This document shows, piece by piece, positions 17,251-28,313 of a stretch of DNA of 64,000 nt (position 1 is the stretch's first letter; every line of letters begins with the position of its first letter). Location: contig JBHLOF010000004.1 in assembly GCA_048940805.1 (NCBI GenBank), forward strand, positions 33,946 to 97,945, in the 5' to 3' direction. Made by a program: the position numbers and the translations under genes. The DNA comes from Promethearchaeota archaeon (lineage in GTDB: Archaea; Asgardarchaeota; Lokiarchaeia; Sigyniarchaeales; SOKP01). The notes under the pieces are model-generated. The model saw only the letters and a program-made list of their open reading frames with translations, had not been told where the DNA came from and searched no databases.

Positions 17251-17781
17251 TTATAAATATATTATCTCTGGCTCAATCTTCTCTTTTGATATCTTCAATA
17301 ATCCATAGGAATTAACGCTAGTAAAAACTTTATCGGTTGGTGTCCCGGGACTGATATACCATTTTCCATCCATCCATTTCTCTGCAAATGGTCTATGAAC
17401 ATGACCAAATATAATTATATCATACGTAGCTAACTCAGGTATCTCACTCAATCTTTCTATTATATCTTTTGGACCACCAGTTCCATGTGTTATAAAAATT
17501 TTATGTCCTAATAATTCCAATTCTGTAGTTTTAGGCAAGTTTCCTTTTACTTGTTGGCTGTCCATGTTACCTTGAATTGCGATCACTTTATCTTTTCCAA
17601 ACTTTTCGTAAAGGTTTTTTAATATATTCAATTTAACAAAATCCCCCAAATGAATTAGATAGTCAATATTTTTGTCTTCAAAATCAGTAATAATTTTTTG
17701 GGGAATTTCAGAAGCTTGAGAAGGAATATGAGTATCTCCAATTAAACCAATCAATATCTCTTTTTTATTAGTCTCAACCAT
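17251..17781 (-). CDS. metallophosphoesterase, YfcE/MJ0936 family
   Basis: 'IGDTHIP', 'HLGDF', 'GNMD' and 'GHVHRP' motifs in order. Length is ~176 aa. Confidence 0.85.
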   Translation of the reverse strand: MVETNKKEILIGLIGDTHIPSQASEIPQKIITDFEDKNIDYLIHLGDFVKLNILKNLYEKFGKDKVIAIQGNMDSQQVKGNLPKTTELELLGHKIFITHGTGGPKDIIERLSEIPELATYDIIIFGHVHRPFAEKWMDGKWYISPGTPTDKVFTSVNSYGLLKISKEKIEPEIIYL

Positions 17782-18697
17782 TTTTTTCCGCTTCCTTCAT
17801 TTTTGTCTTAGCAACTCTTAAAGCGTGGTTAATAACTTCTTCGAGATTGTTCCACTTTCCCATGTTTATCATTTCTTTAATCCAATAAAAGAGATCTTGA
17901 TTTATAGGAACAGTTGTGAAAATTGGTTTTAGAGCTTGTTCCTCTTCAGAATTTGCCTTGTTCAATAGCCATGATATAATATTTCCAACTAATTTGAAAT
18001 TATCAGCCGCTCGAATCCCGTAAGATTCATTCAAACCAGAGAAAAGAGACATATTTCCAATTGCTACAACCTTGCCTAAATAATAATGAGAGACACCGAT
18101 AATGGGGAGATGTTGGTCGGATTTATCGTGCCATCCATTTCCATCCAAACAGCTATGCCATGAAGTAACCTCAGAGGAATAAGCTATTGCGTTGACATCC
18201 ATATTTTCATTCTCTATTGATTTGTCGATCTTTAAAGTACATCCATTTGAATGTATAAATTGAGTAATATCTCTTGTTATGAAGTGGCTACTGAAATCTT
18301 TCACTATTGGATGAGAATTATCTGTAAAGAAATATTTATTATCAAAAAGTTTATCTGGATTAAACTCAATACCAAAATTTTTAGAAAGTTCGGAAAGATT
18401 ATTTTTGTTTTCATAATCTCCACCCCCATCATTGATAATTAAGAGACTTCCACCGTCCTTAACGTATGACACTAATTCTTTTATTTCATCCTGATCCAGA
18501 TCTGGACCTAAATAAGGCACCCCAATTATTAAAATATCATAATTATTCAGTTTTTCAAGAGTTATACCTGCTTCAATTTTCCCCAATTGGAAATTTGAAT
18601 CAAAAAGATACTGGATAAAGTCATTAAATGCATTATTTTCTATTATTAATTGATTATTATGTGTATAATCGAACCCAATCGCTATTTTCTTTGTCAT
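17774..18697 (-). CDS. DUF4350/GldG-like (class-I glutamine-amidotransferase-like fold) protein with possible C-terminal ribbon-helix-helix
   Basis: 'YDILIIGVPYLGPDLDQDEIKELVSYVKDGGSLLIINDGG' pattern. The C-terminus 'TVPINQDLFYWIKEMINMGKWNNLEEVINHALRV' is RHH-like. It overlaps the downstream phosphoesterase start by 8 nt. Confidence 0.4.
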   Translation of the reverse strand: MTKKIAIGFDYTHNNQLIIENNAFNDFIQYLFDSNFQLGKIEAGITLEKLNNYDILIIGVPYLGPDLDQDEIKELVSYVKDGGSLLIINDGGGDYENKNNLSELSKNFGIEFNPDKLFDNKYFFTDNSHPIVKDFSSHFITRDITQFIHSNGCTLKIDKSIENENMDVNAIAYSSEVTSWHSCLDGNGWHDKSDQHLPIIGVSHYYLGKVVAIGNMSLFSGLNESYGIRAADNFKLVGNIISWLLNKANSEEEQALKPIFTTVPINQDLFYWIKEMINMGKWNNLEEVINHALRVAKTKMKEAEKNG

Positions 18698-18779
18698 GAG
18701 ACAAGTGTATTAGTGTTGCATTTTTTAATTTATTTTTAATTTGATATCATTTTAATAGATTAAGAATTTTACATACACG

Positions 18780-19139
18780 ATGATAAAAAAAAATTATCAA
18801 GAGATAGAAGAAAAGCAAGCTACCTTAACAAATGGAACTGAAGTAAAAGATGTTAGTGTAAGATGGTTGATTGATGCTAATTCTGGTGCTAAGAATTTTG
18901 CAATGAGACGATTTGAAATAAAACCAAGAGGAAGAGTCCCGCTTCATAGTCATCCAGAAGATCATGAGATATATGTATTATCTGGAAAAGGTAAATTTTA
19001 TAATAATGAGGAAAAACAAGAAACCGCAACAACAGGAGATGTAGTATATATTCCTCCTAATGAAATGCATGGAATCGATAATCTGGGTGAAGAAAATTTT
19101 GTATTTATCTGCCTTATCCCTTATATAAAAAAGGAGTAA
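18780..19139 (+). CDS. cupin domain protein
   Basis: 'PLHSHPEDHEIYVLSGKG' and 'GDVVYIPPNEMHG' are the two cupin motifs. Confidence 0.8.
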   Translation: MIKKNYQEIEEKQATLTNGTEVKDVSVRWLIDANSGAKNFAMRRFEIKPRGRVPLHSHPEDHEIYVLSGKGKFYNNEEKQETATTGDVVYIPPNEMHGIDNLGEENFVFICLIPYIKKE

Positions 19140-21578
19140 TTATATTTCTTTTTCGCATTTACCAATTGCGACTACCGAATCATCTTCGTAAAGTTTGATA
19201 ACACGAACTCCTTTAGCTGTTCTATGGGTAATTCTTATAGAATCTACAGGCAATCTTATTACTTGCCCTTTTTCTGTCCCTATGAGCATATCCATATGTT
19301 CAGCAATTTTAATGGCAATAACTTTATCAAGTTCTTCTATATTAAGTGATATGTTCTTTACTCCCTTTGCACCCCTTCCCGTTTTTCTATATTCTTTTAC
19401 ATATGTTCTTTGCCCATATCCATTTTTGGTTAATGTTAATGCAATTTTTTCATTGGTTACTAATAATGTATCTACAACAGCATCCCCTTCTCTTAGATCT
19501 ACACCTTTAACCCCCATTGAGTTTCTCCCTAATTCTCTTAATTCAGATTCATCGAACCTTACAGCATAACCTAATTCTGTAGCAATAAATATATCTTCAA
19601 GTTCATTTGATAATCTTTTAACACTCACCAATTCATCATCTGGCCTAATTCGCTGAGCCCTAACCCCTGTACTCTTAAATTTCGAAAATAACCGTAGAGG
19701 TGTTTTCTTAATTATCCCGTTTTTAGTAGTCATAATGAGCATTTCATTTGTGTTGAAATTATTAATGGGGATCATAGAAGAAATTTTTTCCTCACTTTGA
19801 AGGGCAATAAAGTTGATAATTGGTTTTCCACGAGCTGTGCGCTTTTGAAGCGGAATATCATAGCATTTAATTGAATATACCCTTCCTTTTGATGTAAAAA
19901 CTAATATCGTATCGTGAGTAGAACATACAAATAGATCAGTAATGAAATCTTCTTCGCGTACTGTCATCCCTTTTTTACCACGTCCCCCTCTTCCTTGTGT
20001 GCGATATGATTCAACTGAAATTCTTTTTACATATTGATTCTTTGTGAAGATCACTATAGTTGGTTCCTTTTTAATGAGATCCTTGGTTTCAATATCTTTT
20101 GGGGTTTCTTCTTCTCTGATTTCAATTTCTGATTTTCTGGGATCTCCATATTTGCTGCTGAGCTCAGATAGTTCGGTTTTAATAATACCTAATTGTAACT
20201 TTTCACTCGCTAAAATTTTCTTAAAATCTTTTATACTTTGATTAAGGGATTTCTCCTCATCTACTAGCTTCTGTTGTTCTAAATTAGTTAATCGTGACAA
20301 TTGCATACTTAATATTGCCTGAACTTGAATCTCGCTCAAATTATAAGCTTCTATAAGTTTTATTTTCGCTTCATTTGTATCATTTGCATTTTTGATTATA
20401 TTAATCACATTGTCAATATCATTTAATGCTATAAGTAAACCTTCTACTCTATGAAGACGGTCTTCCGCTTTTTTTAAATCAAACTCAATCCTCCTTTTAA
20501 TAATCAGAAGTCGATGATTTATATATTCTTGAATTATTTCTTTTAAAGTGAGAATTTTCGGTTGTTTCCCATCATTGATTAACACTAAATTGATAATATT
20601 AAAACTTGTAAACAACTTAGTCCTTTTAAATAAAATATTTTTAATAATTACAGGTTGAGCATTCTTCCGCAATTCGATGACTATTCGCATTCCGTGTCTA
20701 TCAGATTCATCGCGTAAATCTCTAATATCTTTGAGGACTCCATCTTTGATCAGTTTCGCAATTGATTCGATTAACAAAGATTTATTTACTAAGTATGGAA
20801 TTTCCGTAATAATTAAACTAGTTTTATCATCTTTTATTTCAGTCTCAATCTTTCCGGTGATATTTACATTCCCGATTCCAGTGGTGTAAGCATTATATAT
20901 CCCATTTGTGTCAGAAATAATTCCCCCCGTAGGGAAATCAGGACCTTTAATAATTTCCATGAGCTCTTGAATTGATATTTCAGGATCGTCAATAGTAGCT
21001 ATTATTCCTTGACAGACTTCATTTAAGTTATGGGGAGGCATTGATGTTGCCATCCCCACCGCAATACCCTTAGTTCCATTTATTAAGATATTTGGTAATT
21101 TTGCGGGTAAATAAACTGGTTCAACTTTACTATCATCAAAATTGGGGATAAATTCAACAGTTTCTTTTTTTATATCCTCAATTAATTCATCCGAAATACG
21201 AGATAACCTAGCCTCTGTATACCTATAAGCTGCAGGTTCATCCCCGTCAATAGAGCCAAAATTCCCTTGAGGATCGATGAGTGGATATCTTAAGGAAAAA
21301 TCTTGTCCCATTCTTACTAATGCATTATATACTGCCGCATCTCCATGAGGATGATAATTACCTAGAACGTCTCCTACAATTTTAGCACATTTAACATGCG
21401 GAGAGCGCGCATCCCATCCATTTTCTGACATTGCATAGATGATTCTTTTCTGAACGGGTTTAAGGCCATCCCTTACATCAGGGATTGCACGTCCAACGAC
21501 TACGCTCATTGCATAATCAATATAACTGCTTTCCATCTCACTTTTAAGCAAAACTTCTTCAATCTGTTCTGAAGCCAA
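19140..21578 (-). CDS. gyrA: DNA gyrase subunit A
   Basis: '[25 protein letters not shown]'-type N-terminus, active-site region '[10 protein letters not shown]', and a C-terminal beta-pinwheel repeat region. 812 aa. Confidence 0.95.
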   Translation of the reverse strand: [812 protein letters not shown]

Positions 21579-21625
21579 AATAATTCCCCACTATTTTGAA
21601 TTAAAAAATTCTAAAATGATTGAAA

Positions 21626-23659
21626 TTAAATATCTAAAACATTAACTTCATCAAAATTACTAATAATGAACTTTTTACGGGCTTTAACTTCTTTTCCCAT
21701 AAGTTTTGTAAACATAAGATCATTTTCTAAATAATCTTCATAAGTTACCTTTTTCAATTTCCGTGTGTCACGATTCATAGTGGTAATATATAGCTCTTCT
21801 GCGTTCATTTCACCAAGACCTTTGTATCTTTGAATTCGAATTGAATTTGTGTCTTTAAGCTTATATTTTGTTTTTAGCTCCTGGAAATAATCCTCTTTTT
21901 CCTTGTCGGTATAGACATAGATCTGGTCTTTTTTATAACTGACCTTATACAAAGGTGGACATGCAATATAAAGATATCCCTCATCTATTAGTGGACGCAT
22001 ATATCTAAAGAAAAATGTAAGTAGAAGCGTTTCAATATGGAAACCATCTACATCTGCATCACACATAATTACAACCTTGTGATAACGTAATTTAGTCAAA
22101 TCAAAGGTTTCTTCAACATCTTCTCCGTCTTCCATATCCCCATTGGTTCCATTCAAATCATTTGTTTCCTGTATTCCAACCCCCAGAGCCTTAATAATGG
22201 ATTGAATTTGCTCATTTTGCAATATCTTGTTCATCCGTGCTTTCTCAACATTAAGAATCTTACCTCTAAGAGGTAAAATAGCTTGATAATTTCTATCTCT
22301 TCCTTGTTTAGCAGAACCACCAGCAGAATTTCCTTCAACAATAAATATTTCAGCCTCCTCGGGATTATTTGAAGAACAATCGGCAAGTTTACCAGGCATC
22401 CTTGCACTATCTAATGCGGATTTTCTTCGGATAAGCGTTCTTGCTTTTTGAGCAGCTTCGCGAGCCATCTTGGCATTGAGTGTTTTTAAGATGATCCTTT
22501 TAGCCGTTTGGGGGTTTTCTTCGAAATATTGGGTTAATCTATCTGTTACTATTTGACTTACTATTTGTCTAATTTCAGGATTGCCTAATTTGATTTTAGT
22601 TTGACTTTCAAATTGAGGATCCGGAAGTTTAATAGATATAACTGCAGATAATCCTTCTCGGGTATCTGCTCCGCTTAATACTTGACCTTTATATTTCTTT
22701 TCCATATAGTTTTCTATGTAAAAGTTAAAAACTCTTGTTAAAGCTGATTTAAATCCAGTGAGATGTACTCCTCCTTCAATTGTATTTATTGTATTTGCAT
22801 AAGAAAGAATATTTGTTTGAAAACCTTGATTATACTGCATAGCAACATCACAGTAAACATCTGCTCCATCATCATCTTTAGCAGTATCGGTTATGTAAAT
22901 TATATCATTATGTAAAGGCTGTTTATCTTTATTCAAATATGTAATAAACTCGTTTATTCCTCCTTCATAGTGAAATTCTTCTATCTCATCTGTAATTTTA
23001 TTGTGTAATTCGAATCTCGTATGTGGGGTAAGAAAAGCAAGTTCCCGCATCCTTGATATTATGGTATGAGCACTAAATATATAGTCTTTAGGATCAAATT
23101 CAAATATTGAGTTGTCTGGATAGAAAGAAATTTTAGTGCAAGAATTTTTATTTTTAATTGGTATAATTTCAGGTTCAGTAACTTTTTTTCCCTTTGAGAA
23201 TTTTTGTTTATAACAGAGGCCATCCCGACAGACCTCAACTTCCATCCATTCAGTTAGAGCATTCACAACTGAGAGTCCTACACCATGTAAACCTCCTGAT
23301 ATTTTATAACTTTTACTATCGAATTTTCCACCAGCATGTAAATGTTCCATTATAACTTCTAGAGCTGGTTTGTTAAATTCTGGATGATCATCGATGGGTA
23401 TACCTCTCCCATTATCAGAAACCAACACAGAATTGTTCTGGTAGAGTGTAACTGAAATTTCATCTGCATAACCTCCGATAGCTTCATCTACAGAGTTATC
23501 AAGGACTTCAAATATCAAATGATGAAGACCCTTTTTGTCCGTATCGCCAATATACATAGCAGGTCTTTTACGTACTCCGTCTAAGCCTCTTAAGACAGTG
23601 ATATCGTCTGCGTCGTAAGAGTTATTATTGGTTTTAGGCATAGGAAATCGATTCTTCAA
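21626..23659 (-). CDS. gyrB: DNA gyrase subunit B
   Basis: GHKL ATPase motifs 'LHHLIFEVLDNSVDEA', 'DNGRGIP' and 'GGLHGVG'. Toprim 'EIFIVEGNSAGGSA' and 'IMCDADVDGFHI'. It sits immediately upstream of gyrA. Confidence 0.95.
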   Translation of the reverse strand: MKNRFPMPKTNNNSYDADDITVLRGLDGVRKRPAMYIGDTDKKGLHHLIFEVLDNSVDEAIGGYADEISVTLYQNNSVLVSDNGRGIPIDDHPEFNKPALEVIMEHLHAGGKFDSKSYKISGGLHGVGLSVVNALTEWMEVEVCRDGLCYKQKFSKGKKVTEPEIIPIKNKNSCTKISFYPDNSIFEFDPKDYIFSAHTIISRMRELAFLTPHTRFELHNKITDEIEEFHYEGGINEFITYLNKDKQPLHNDIIYITDTAKDDDGADVYCDVAMQYNQGFQTNILSYANTINTIEGGVHLTGFKSALTRVFNFYIENYMEKKYKGQVLSGADTREGLSAVISIKLPDPQFESQTKIKLGNPEIRQIVSQIVTDRLTQYFEENPQTAKRIILKTLNAKMAREAAQKARTLIRRKSALDSARMPGKLADCSSNNPEEAEIFIVEGNSAGGSAKQGRDRNYQAILPLRGKILNVEKARMNKILQNEQIQSIIKALGVGIQETNDLNGTNGDMEDGEDVEETFDLTKLRYHKVVIMCDADVDGFHIETLLLTFFFRYMRPLIDEGYLYIACPPLYKVSYKKDQIYVYTDKEKEDYFQELKTKYKLKDTNSIRIQRYKGLGEMNAEELYITTMNRDTRKLKKVTYEDYLENDLMFTKLMGKEVKARKKFIISNFDEVNVLDI

Positions 23660-23937
23660 TATATTCGTAAGGTTAAATTAATCAAAACTTAATTGAATAT
23701 GGTAGATTATTTAACAGTTTACATATAATATAAGGTAATACTCAAATTTAAATATAAGCACATTTTTTCATAGTTTTTCAGTACTCAGAGAAGCTTATAG
23801 ATTGTTGATATTAGCTGCAATCTATTTTGAATGGAGGAAAAAGATTAGTCCCTTATTTGGGCTAAAAATGTTGCGTAAATTATATTAAAAAGCTTCATTT
23901 TTGAAGATCAGAAATATCTTTTTATAACTCTACAGAG

Positions 23938-24798
23938 CTAATTATCTCGAATTTTTTTTGCCATTTTAACCATTTCTATGAGTTGGTTATCTACATCATG
24001 AGTTCGAACGATATGTGCCCCATTATAAACCGCTATCGCTGTTGAGGAGAGTGTTCCATTTAGCCTATCTTTAGGGTCAGGAATATTTAATGTTGTGCCG
24101 ATGAAAGATTTCCTTGAAATAGCGACTAAAATAGGCTTAGTCAATTTTTTTAGTTTCGGTAGTTCGTTAATAATTTTCAAATCATAAGTATAAACCTTCT
24201 CTTTGATCCATTTACCTATACCGGGATCCAGGATCATTTTATTTTCATCATATCCATTTGTAATCAAAACCTCTGTTGTTTTTTCGAATTCATCAATAAT
24301 CTCATCAATAGTACATAAATCTCCAGGGATGTTTTTTGATGCCATTAATACCATTGGAAGATCGTATTTAATCACAAAATCCTGTAAACTTGGATCTGTT
24401 TTTAAACAACTCACATCATTAATGATTATTTTTCTTTCATATTCAAGAGATATATTATATGCTATTTCCGCTACTTTTCTATATTGTGTATCAACAGAGA
24501 TAATAATACCCTCGGGGATTATTCCACATACTATTTTCATAGCTGATTTTAGTCTATCAATTTCTTCTTCAATTGTTATTCTTTGAGACCATGGTGCCGT
24601 CGATCGGGCGCCTAAATCTAACATTTTCGCACCATTATTTATCATTTTTTGTGCTGCCTTTTTTAAACTTCGAACATCCGAATAGACAGAACCTTTATAA
24701 AAGCTTTCAGGGCTTAAATTTAAAACACCCATGATAACTGTTGGGTATCTATCGCCAATCTCCAGTATATCGTATAAATTCATATAGATCTCATTCAT
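23938..24798 (-). CDS. folP: dihydropteroate synthase-like pterin-binding protein
   Basis: 'IMGVLNLSPESFYKG', 'LDLGARST', 'ISVDT', 'INDVS', 'ILDPGIG', 'SRKSFIG' and 'IVRTHDV' in DHPS order. Confidence 0.85.
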   Translation of the reverse strand: MNEIYMNLYDILEIGDRYPTVIMGVLNLSPESFYKGSVYSDVRSLKKAAQKMINNGAKMLDLGARSTAPWSQRITIEEEIDRLKSAMKIVCGIIPEGIIISVDTQYRKVAEIAYNISLEYERKIIINDVSCLKTDPSLQDFVIKYDLPMVLMASKNIPGDLCTIDEIIDEFEKTTEVLITNGYDENKMILDPGIGKWIKEKVYTYDLKIINELPKLKKLTKPILVAISRKSFIGTTLNIPDPKDRLNGTLSSTAIAVYNGAHIVRTHDVDNQLIEMVKMAKKIRDN

Positions 24799-24805
24799 CT
24801 ATAAC

Positions 24806-26206
24806 CTACTCCCCTGTGTTCTTTCGTTTTTTATTATATACATACAGATTAAGAAAAGCTTTAGCAGCACTTTCAAAACTATTAAAGATTGGTACATTCA
24901 TATCAATTATTCTTTTCCTATAATTTTCTCTGTTTTGAAAGCTTGTAAAGGGTAATGAAAGAAAAAATGGCTTCTTTTGCTCACGACATAATTCTTTAAG
25001 AAATCTTAAATTATCAAAGTAATTTTCCCATGAATTTATATCATAAGGCTGATAAGTTTCTGCGAGAACACCACCGATATATGGTTCTTTTATTGCGATT
25101 TCTGCAATTTTTGAGTATTCATCTGAGAAATTTTTCCAAGGGAGATCCAATGGATTTACAACACCCCCAAATCTAATTAAATTTCTCAATTTTGCTTTAG
25201 TCTCATCGCTAAACTCCGGTATCGTTGCCCCAAGTTGAATTATTAAATCTGTTGCTATTGTCGCATTTCCACCAGACCATGTCATTAATAGAATCCCTTT
25301 TTCCTCGGGAAGATAATCTTTACAGTAATTGAACGCTAATGTTGTTTCTACCAGTTCCTCGAACGTCCTAACTTGAATAGTATTTGTTTGAGAAAATATT
25401 GCGTCCCAGATCTGATTTAAGGTTGTAAGACTACCTGTATGCGATTCAGCTGATCTTTTCCCTGCTTCCGTCTTTCCAGTTCTTAAAAAAATGACAGGTT
25501 TATTAGTCTCTTTCAGCACATTATAAAGTCTTCTACCCTCGTTTTGATGATATCTTGAAAATCCTTCGAAATATATGCTTATTATTTCAATTCTATCATC
25601 ACTATTGAAATATTGTATGAGATCCGTTACATTTATTGAAATAGAATTCCCTATACTTGCTCCTACTGAAAAGTTAACACCAAGATAATTTAAATTTCCA
25701 ACAAACCTTTCGGTGAGATCTCCAGATTGAGATATAATTGCCACATTACCAACAGGATCTGCTTTGAATGAAGGATTGAATGAAAAACGTCCACCAGTAG
25801 AATATAAACCCAAACAATTAGGACCAATTGCTCGAGTTTTACTTTTTTTTAATAAGTTATAAATTTTATACTCAATTTCCCTTCCCTCTTGATCCCATTC
25901 ACCTGTTCCTGCTGAAAAAATATGGATAGTAGCGAATTTCTTATTAATACATTTCTTCACAATTTCAACTAATTGGTCCCGATTAACCGCAATTATGGCA
26001 TGATCAATATTATTAGGAAGATCATCCACATCTTTTACGCAGTCAACACCTAGTAGTTTGCCATGTCTTTTCGAGACAAAATACAAGTCTCCTTGGAAGT
26101 TTCTATCGACATATCCTTGAAGCTGCCACATTCTCTTCTTTGATGCACCGATAATCGCTATAGATTTAGGATAGAATAACTTTTCAAAATAATTTATCTG
26201 TTCCAC
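24806..26206 (-). CDS. ADP-forming acyl-CoA synthetase, alpha (CoA-binding/ligase-CoA) subunit
   Basis: 'PKSIAIIGASKK', 'GPNCLGL', and a phospho-His loop 'AESHTGSL'. No ATP-grasp beta subunit is adjacent. Confidence 0.75.
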   Translation of the reverse strand: MEQINYFEKLFYPKSIAIIGASKKRMWQLQGYVDRNFQGDLYFVSKRHGKLLGVDCVKDVDDLPNNIDHAIIAVNRDQLVEIVKKCINKKFATIHIFSAGTGEWDQEGREIEYKIYNLLKKSKTRAIGPNCLGLYSTGGRFSFNPSFKADPVGNVAIISQSGDLTERFVGNLNYLGVNFSVGASIGNSISINVTDLIQYFNSDDRIEIISIYFEGFSRYHQNEGRRLYNVLKETNKPVIFLRTGKTEAGKRSAESHTGSLTTLNQIWDAIFSQTNTIQVRTFEELVETTLAFNYCKDYLPEEKGILLMTWSGGNATIATDLIIQLGATIPEFSDETKAKLRNLIRFGGVVNPLDLPWKNFSDEYSKIAEIAIKEPYIGGVLAETYQPYDINSWENYFDNLRFLKELCREQKKPFFLSLPFTSFQNRENYRKRIIDMNVPIFNSFESAAKAFLNLYVYNKKRKNTGE

Positions 26207-26353
26207 GCAAGTAAAAATATATTTTCAAAATTAAGTTTATTGCATGAATTTGTAAAATCTTAATATAACATCAACTTACCATAAGGTATTGAATTTATAT
26301 TTAATTTTTAATTAATTGTAAGATAATTTTTCATCAATTTAGATTATTTAAAA

Positions 26354-26971
26354 ATGATAAAGCTTCAAAATTTATATCAAATAAAGAGTATTCCTTTAAA
26401 CAAAGCAGCAGAAGTTATTTCAAAAGCATTTCATGATGATCCCTTATATGCTTACATTATCCCTGATGAATCTGATAGAATTAAATATTTCCCATATATA
26501 TTTAAAGCCTATATTTGGTATTGCCTTCATTTTGGTGAAGTATATGCATCTTCACCCAATTTAGAAGGGATAGCACTATGGCTTCCTTCGGAATTTGCAT
26601 ACATCACCCCAGAGCGATCAAAGGAATGTGGAGATGAGGTATTTTTTTATGTGCTAAGTAAAAAATATCTTGAAAGACTCTCCGTAACTGCTCATCCTAA
26701 TGAAATACATGAGAAGCTATTAACGGAACCACATAGATACCTTATGGTTATTGCTGTTGATCCAGAATTCCAAAGGAAAGGCTTTGGTACAAAACTCCTA
26801 CTCCCAATGATGAAAACTTTAGATGAAAATAATCAAAAATGTTACTTAGATACCAACAAAGAAAGTAATGTTTTGTATTATCAAAATTTTGGATTCCAGG
26901 TATTGAAAAAATTTGAAATTAAAAATACTGGAGTAACAAACTGGTCAATGTTAAGAATCCCAAAGAATTAG
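26354..26971 (+). CDS. GNAT-family N-acetyltransferase
   Basis: Acetyl-CoA binding motif 'VDPEFQRKGFGTKLL'. Confidence 0.7.
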   Translation: MIKLQNLYQIKSIPLNKAAEVISKAFHDDPLYAYIIPDESDRIKYFPYIFKAYIWYCLHFGEVYASSPNLEGIALWLPSEFAYITPERSKECGDEVFFYVLSKKYLERLSVTAHPNEIHEKLLTEPHRYLMVIAVDPEFQRKGFGTKLLLPMMKTLDENNQKCYLDTNKESNVLYYQNFGFQVLKKFEIKNTGVTNWSMLRIPKN

Positions 26972-27009
26972 TTTATATTAATAGATAAATATGACATAAG
27001 AAGAATAGA

Positions 27010-28311
27010 ATGAGTTCAGTAAAATTAACTCCAATAAAGTGGATACAAGATAATCAAGAAGATCTTGTTAAATTCATACAAGATATAGTTCGGATTCCTA
27101 GTGTTTCTGGGAAAGAAGAAGATGTTCAGAAATTTATATTTAATAAGTTGAATGAATTGAACCTTGAAACTAAATATGTCTATCCCGATATTGAAACATT
27201 ACGAAAAAATGAGGATTTTTTCGAGACAACTTCTTTTACTAAGTATGGTTATGAGAATCGCCCGAACGTAGCAGGTGTTCTTAAAGGAACTGGAAATGGT
27301 CGATCTATATGTCTTAATGGACATGTTGATGTAGTTAGCCCAGAACCAGTAGAACACTGGATTTTTGATCCGTGGGGTGGGGAAAAGGAAGGTGATTTCA
27401 TTTATGGAAGGGGTGCTGGGGATATGAAAGCCGGTGTCGCATCTATAATTTTTGCTTTACAAGCTCTTAAGGAAACAAATACAAAATTAAAAGGAGACGT
27501 TTTTATTGAGACCACTATTGATGAAGAAGATGGGGGTATTGGGGGGTGCCTGTATATGCGCCTAACTCAACCAAAAGCAGATGCTGCCCTAATACCTGAG
27601 CCTGGGGGATATACAATTGGCGTTGCTAGTGCAGGAGTGATGTATTTTCGTGTAATTGTTACGGGTATTCCCGCGCATGCAGCTACCGCCCATTATGGTG
27701 TGAATGCGATTGTTAAGATGGTTCCCATTATTAAAGCTCTCAAATCATTAAATGAGAAAAGACAAAAAGAAATTAGGTATCAATATGCAGAAGTAGATCC
27801 AAGCATGAAGGGAAAAGCGACAACTCTTAATATTGGTGTAATTAACGCAGGAGATTGGCCTTCTACGGTACCTGCTTTATGTACTCTCGATTGTCGAATC
27901 GGATTTCCTCCGGGAGAAACTCGGGAAATGGTAATCGATCAAATTGAAAACGCAATCCAAGAAACTACGCAAAAAGATGAATGGCTGAGGGAACATCCAC
28001 CAAAAATAGAATGGTTTGGTTGGAAGGCAAGGCCTCATGAACAAGATCCTAATCATCCGTTTGTAAAAGTTCTAGAAAATAATATAAAAAAATTTATGGA
28101 ATTAAGTCCACTTTATGTTGGTGGTTCAGCAGGTCTAGACGCGCGATTTTTTGTTCATCATGGCATTCCAGCAATATCATTTGGTCCATATGGGGAGAAA
28201 ATTCATTCTATTGATGAAAGAGTTTCAATTAGCTCTACTCTAAAAATAACCGAAATAATAATAAGTACCATTATGGACTGGTGTGGAGTAGAAACAGATA
28301 AAAAAGATTAG
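27010..28311 (+). CDS. M20-family metallopeptidase (ArgE/DapE/acetylornithine deacetylase-like)
   Basis: 'LNGHVDVV', 'GRGAGDMKAG' and 'DEEDGG' metal-ligand motifs. Confidence 0.85.
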   Translation: MSSVKLTPIKWIQDNQEDLVKFIQDIVRIPSVSGKEEDVQKFIFNKLNELNLETKYVYPDIETLRKNEDFFETTSFTKYGYENRPNVAGVLKGTGNGRSICLNGHVDVVSPEPVEHWIFDPWGGEKEGDFIYGRGAGDMKAGVASIIFALQALKETNTKLKGDVFIETTIDEEDGGIGGCLYMRLTQPKADAALIPEPGGYTIGVASAGVMYFRVIVTGIPAHAATAHYGVNAIVKMVPIIKALKSLNEKRQKEIRYQYAEVDPSMKGKATTLNIGVINAGDWPSTVPALCTLDCRIGFPPGETREMVIDQIENAIQETTQKDEWLREHPPKIEWFGWKARPHEQDPNHPFVKVLENNIKKFMELSPLYVGGSAGLDARFFVHHGIPAISFGPYGEKIHSIDERVSISSTLKITEIIISTIMDWCGVETDKKD

Positions 28312-28313
28312 TA

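Noticed and set aside
22100-22200. An acidic insertion in GyrB ('NDLNGTNGDMEDGEDVEETFD'), considered as a possible intein or mobile insertion.
   Set aside because: It is only ~30 aa, has no intein splicing motifs, and sits in a known variable linker of GyrB.
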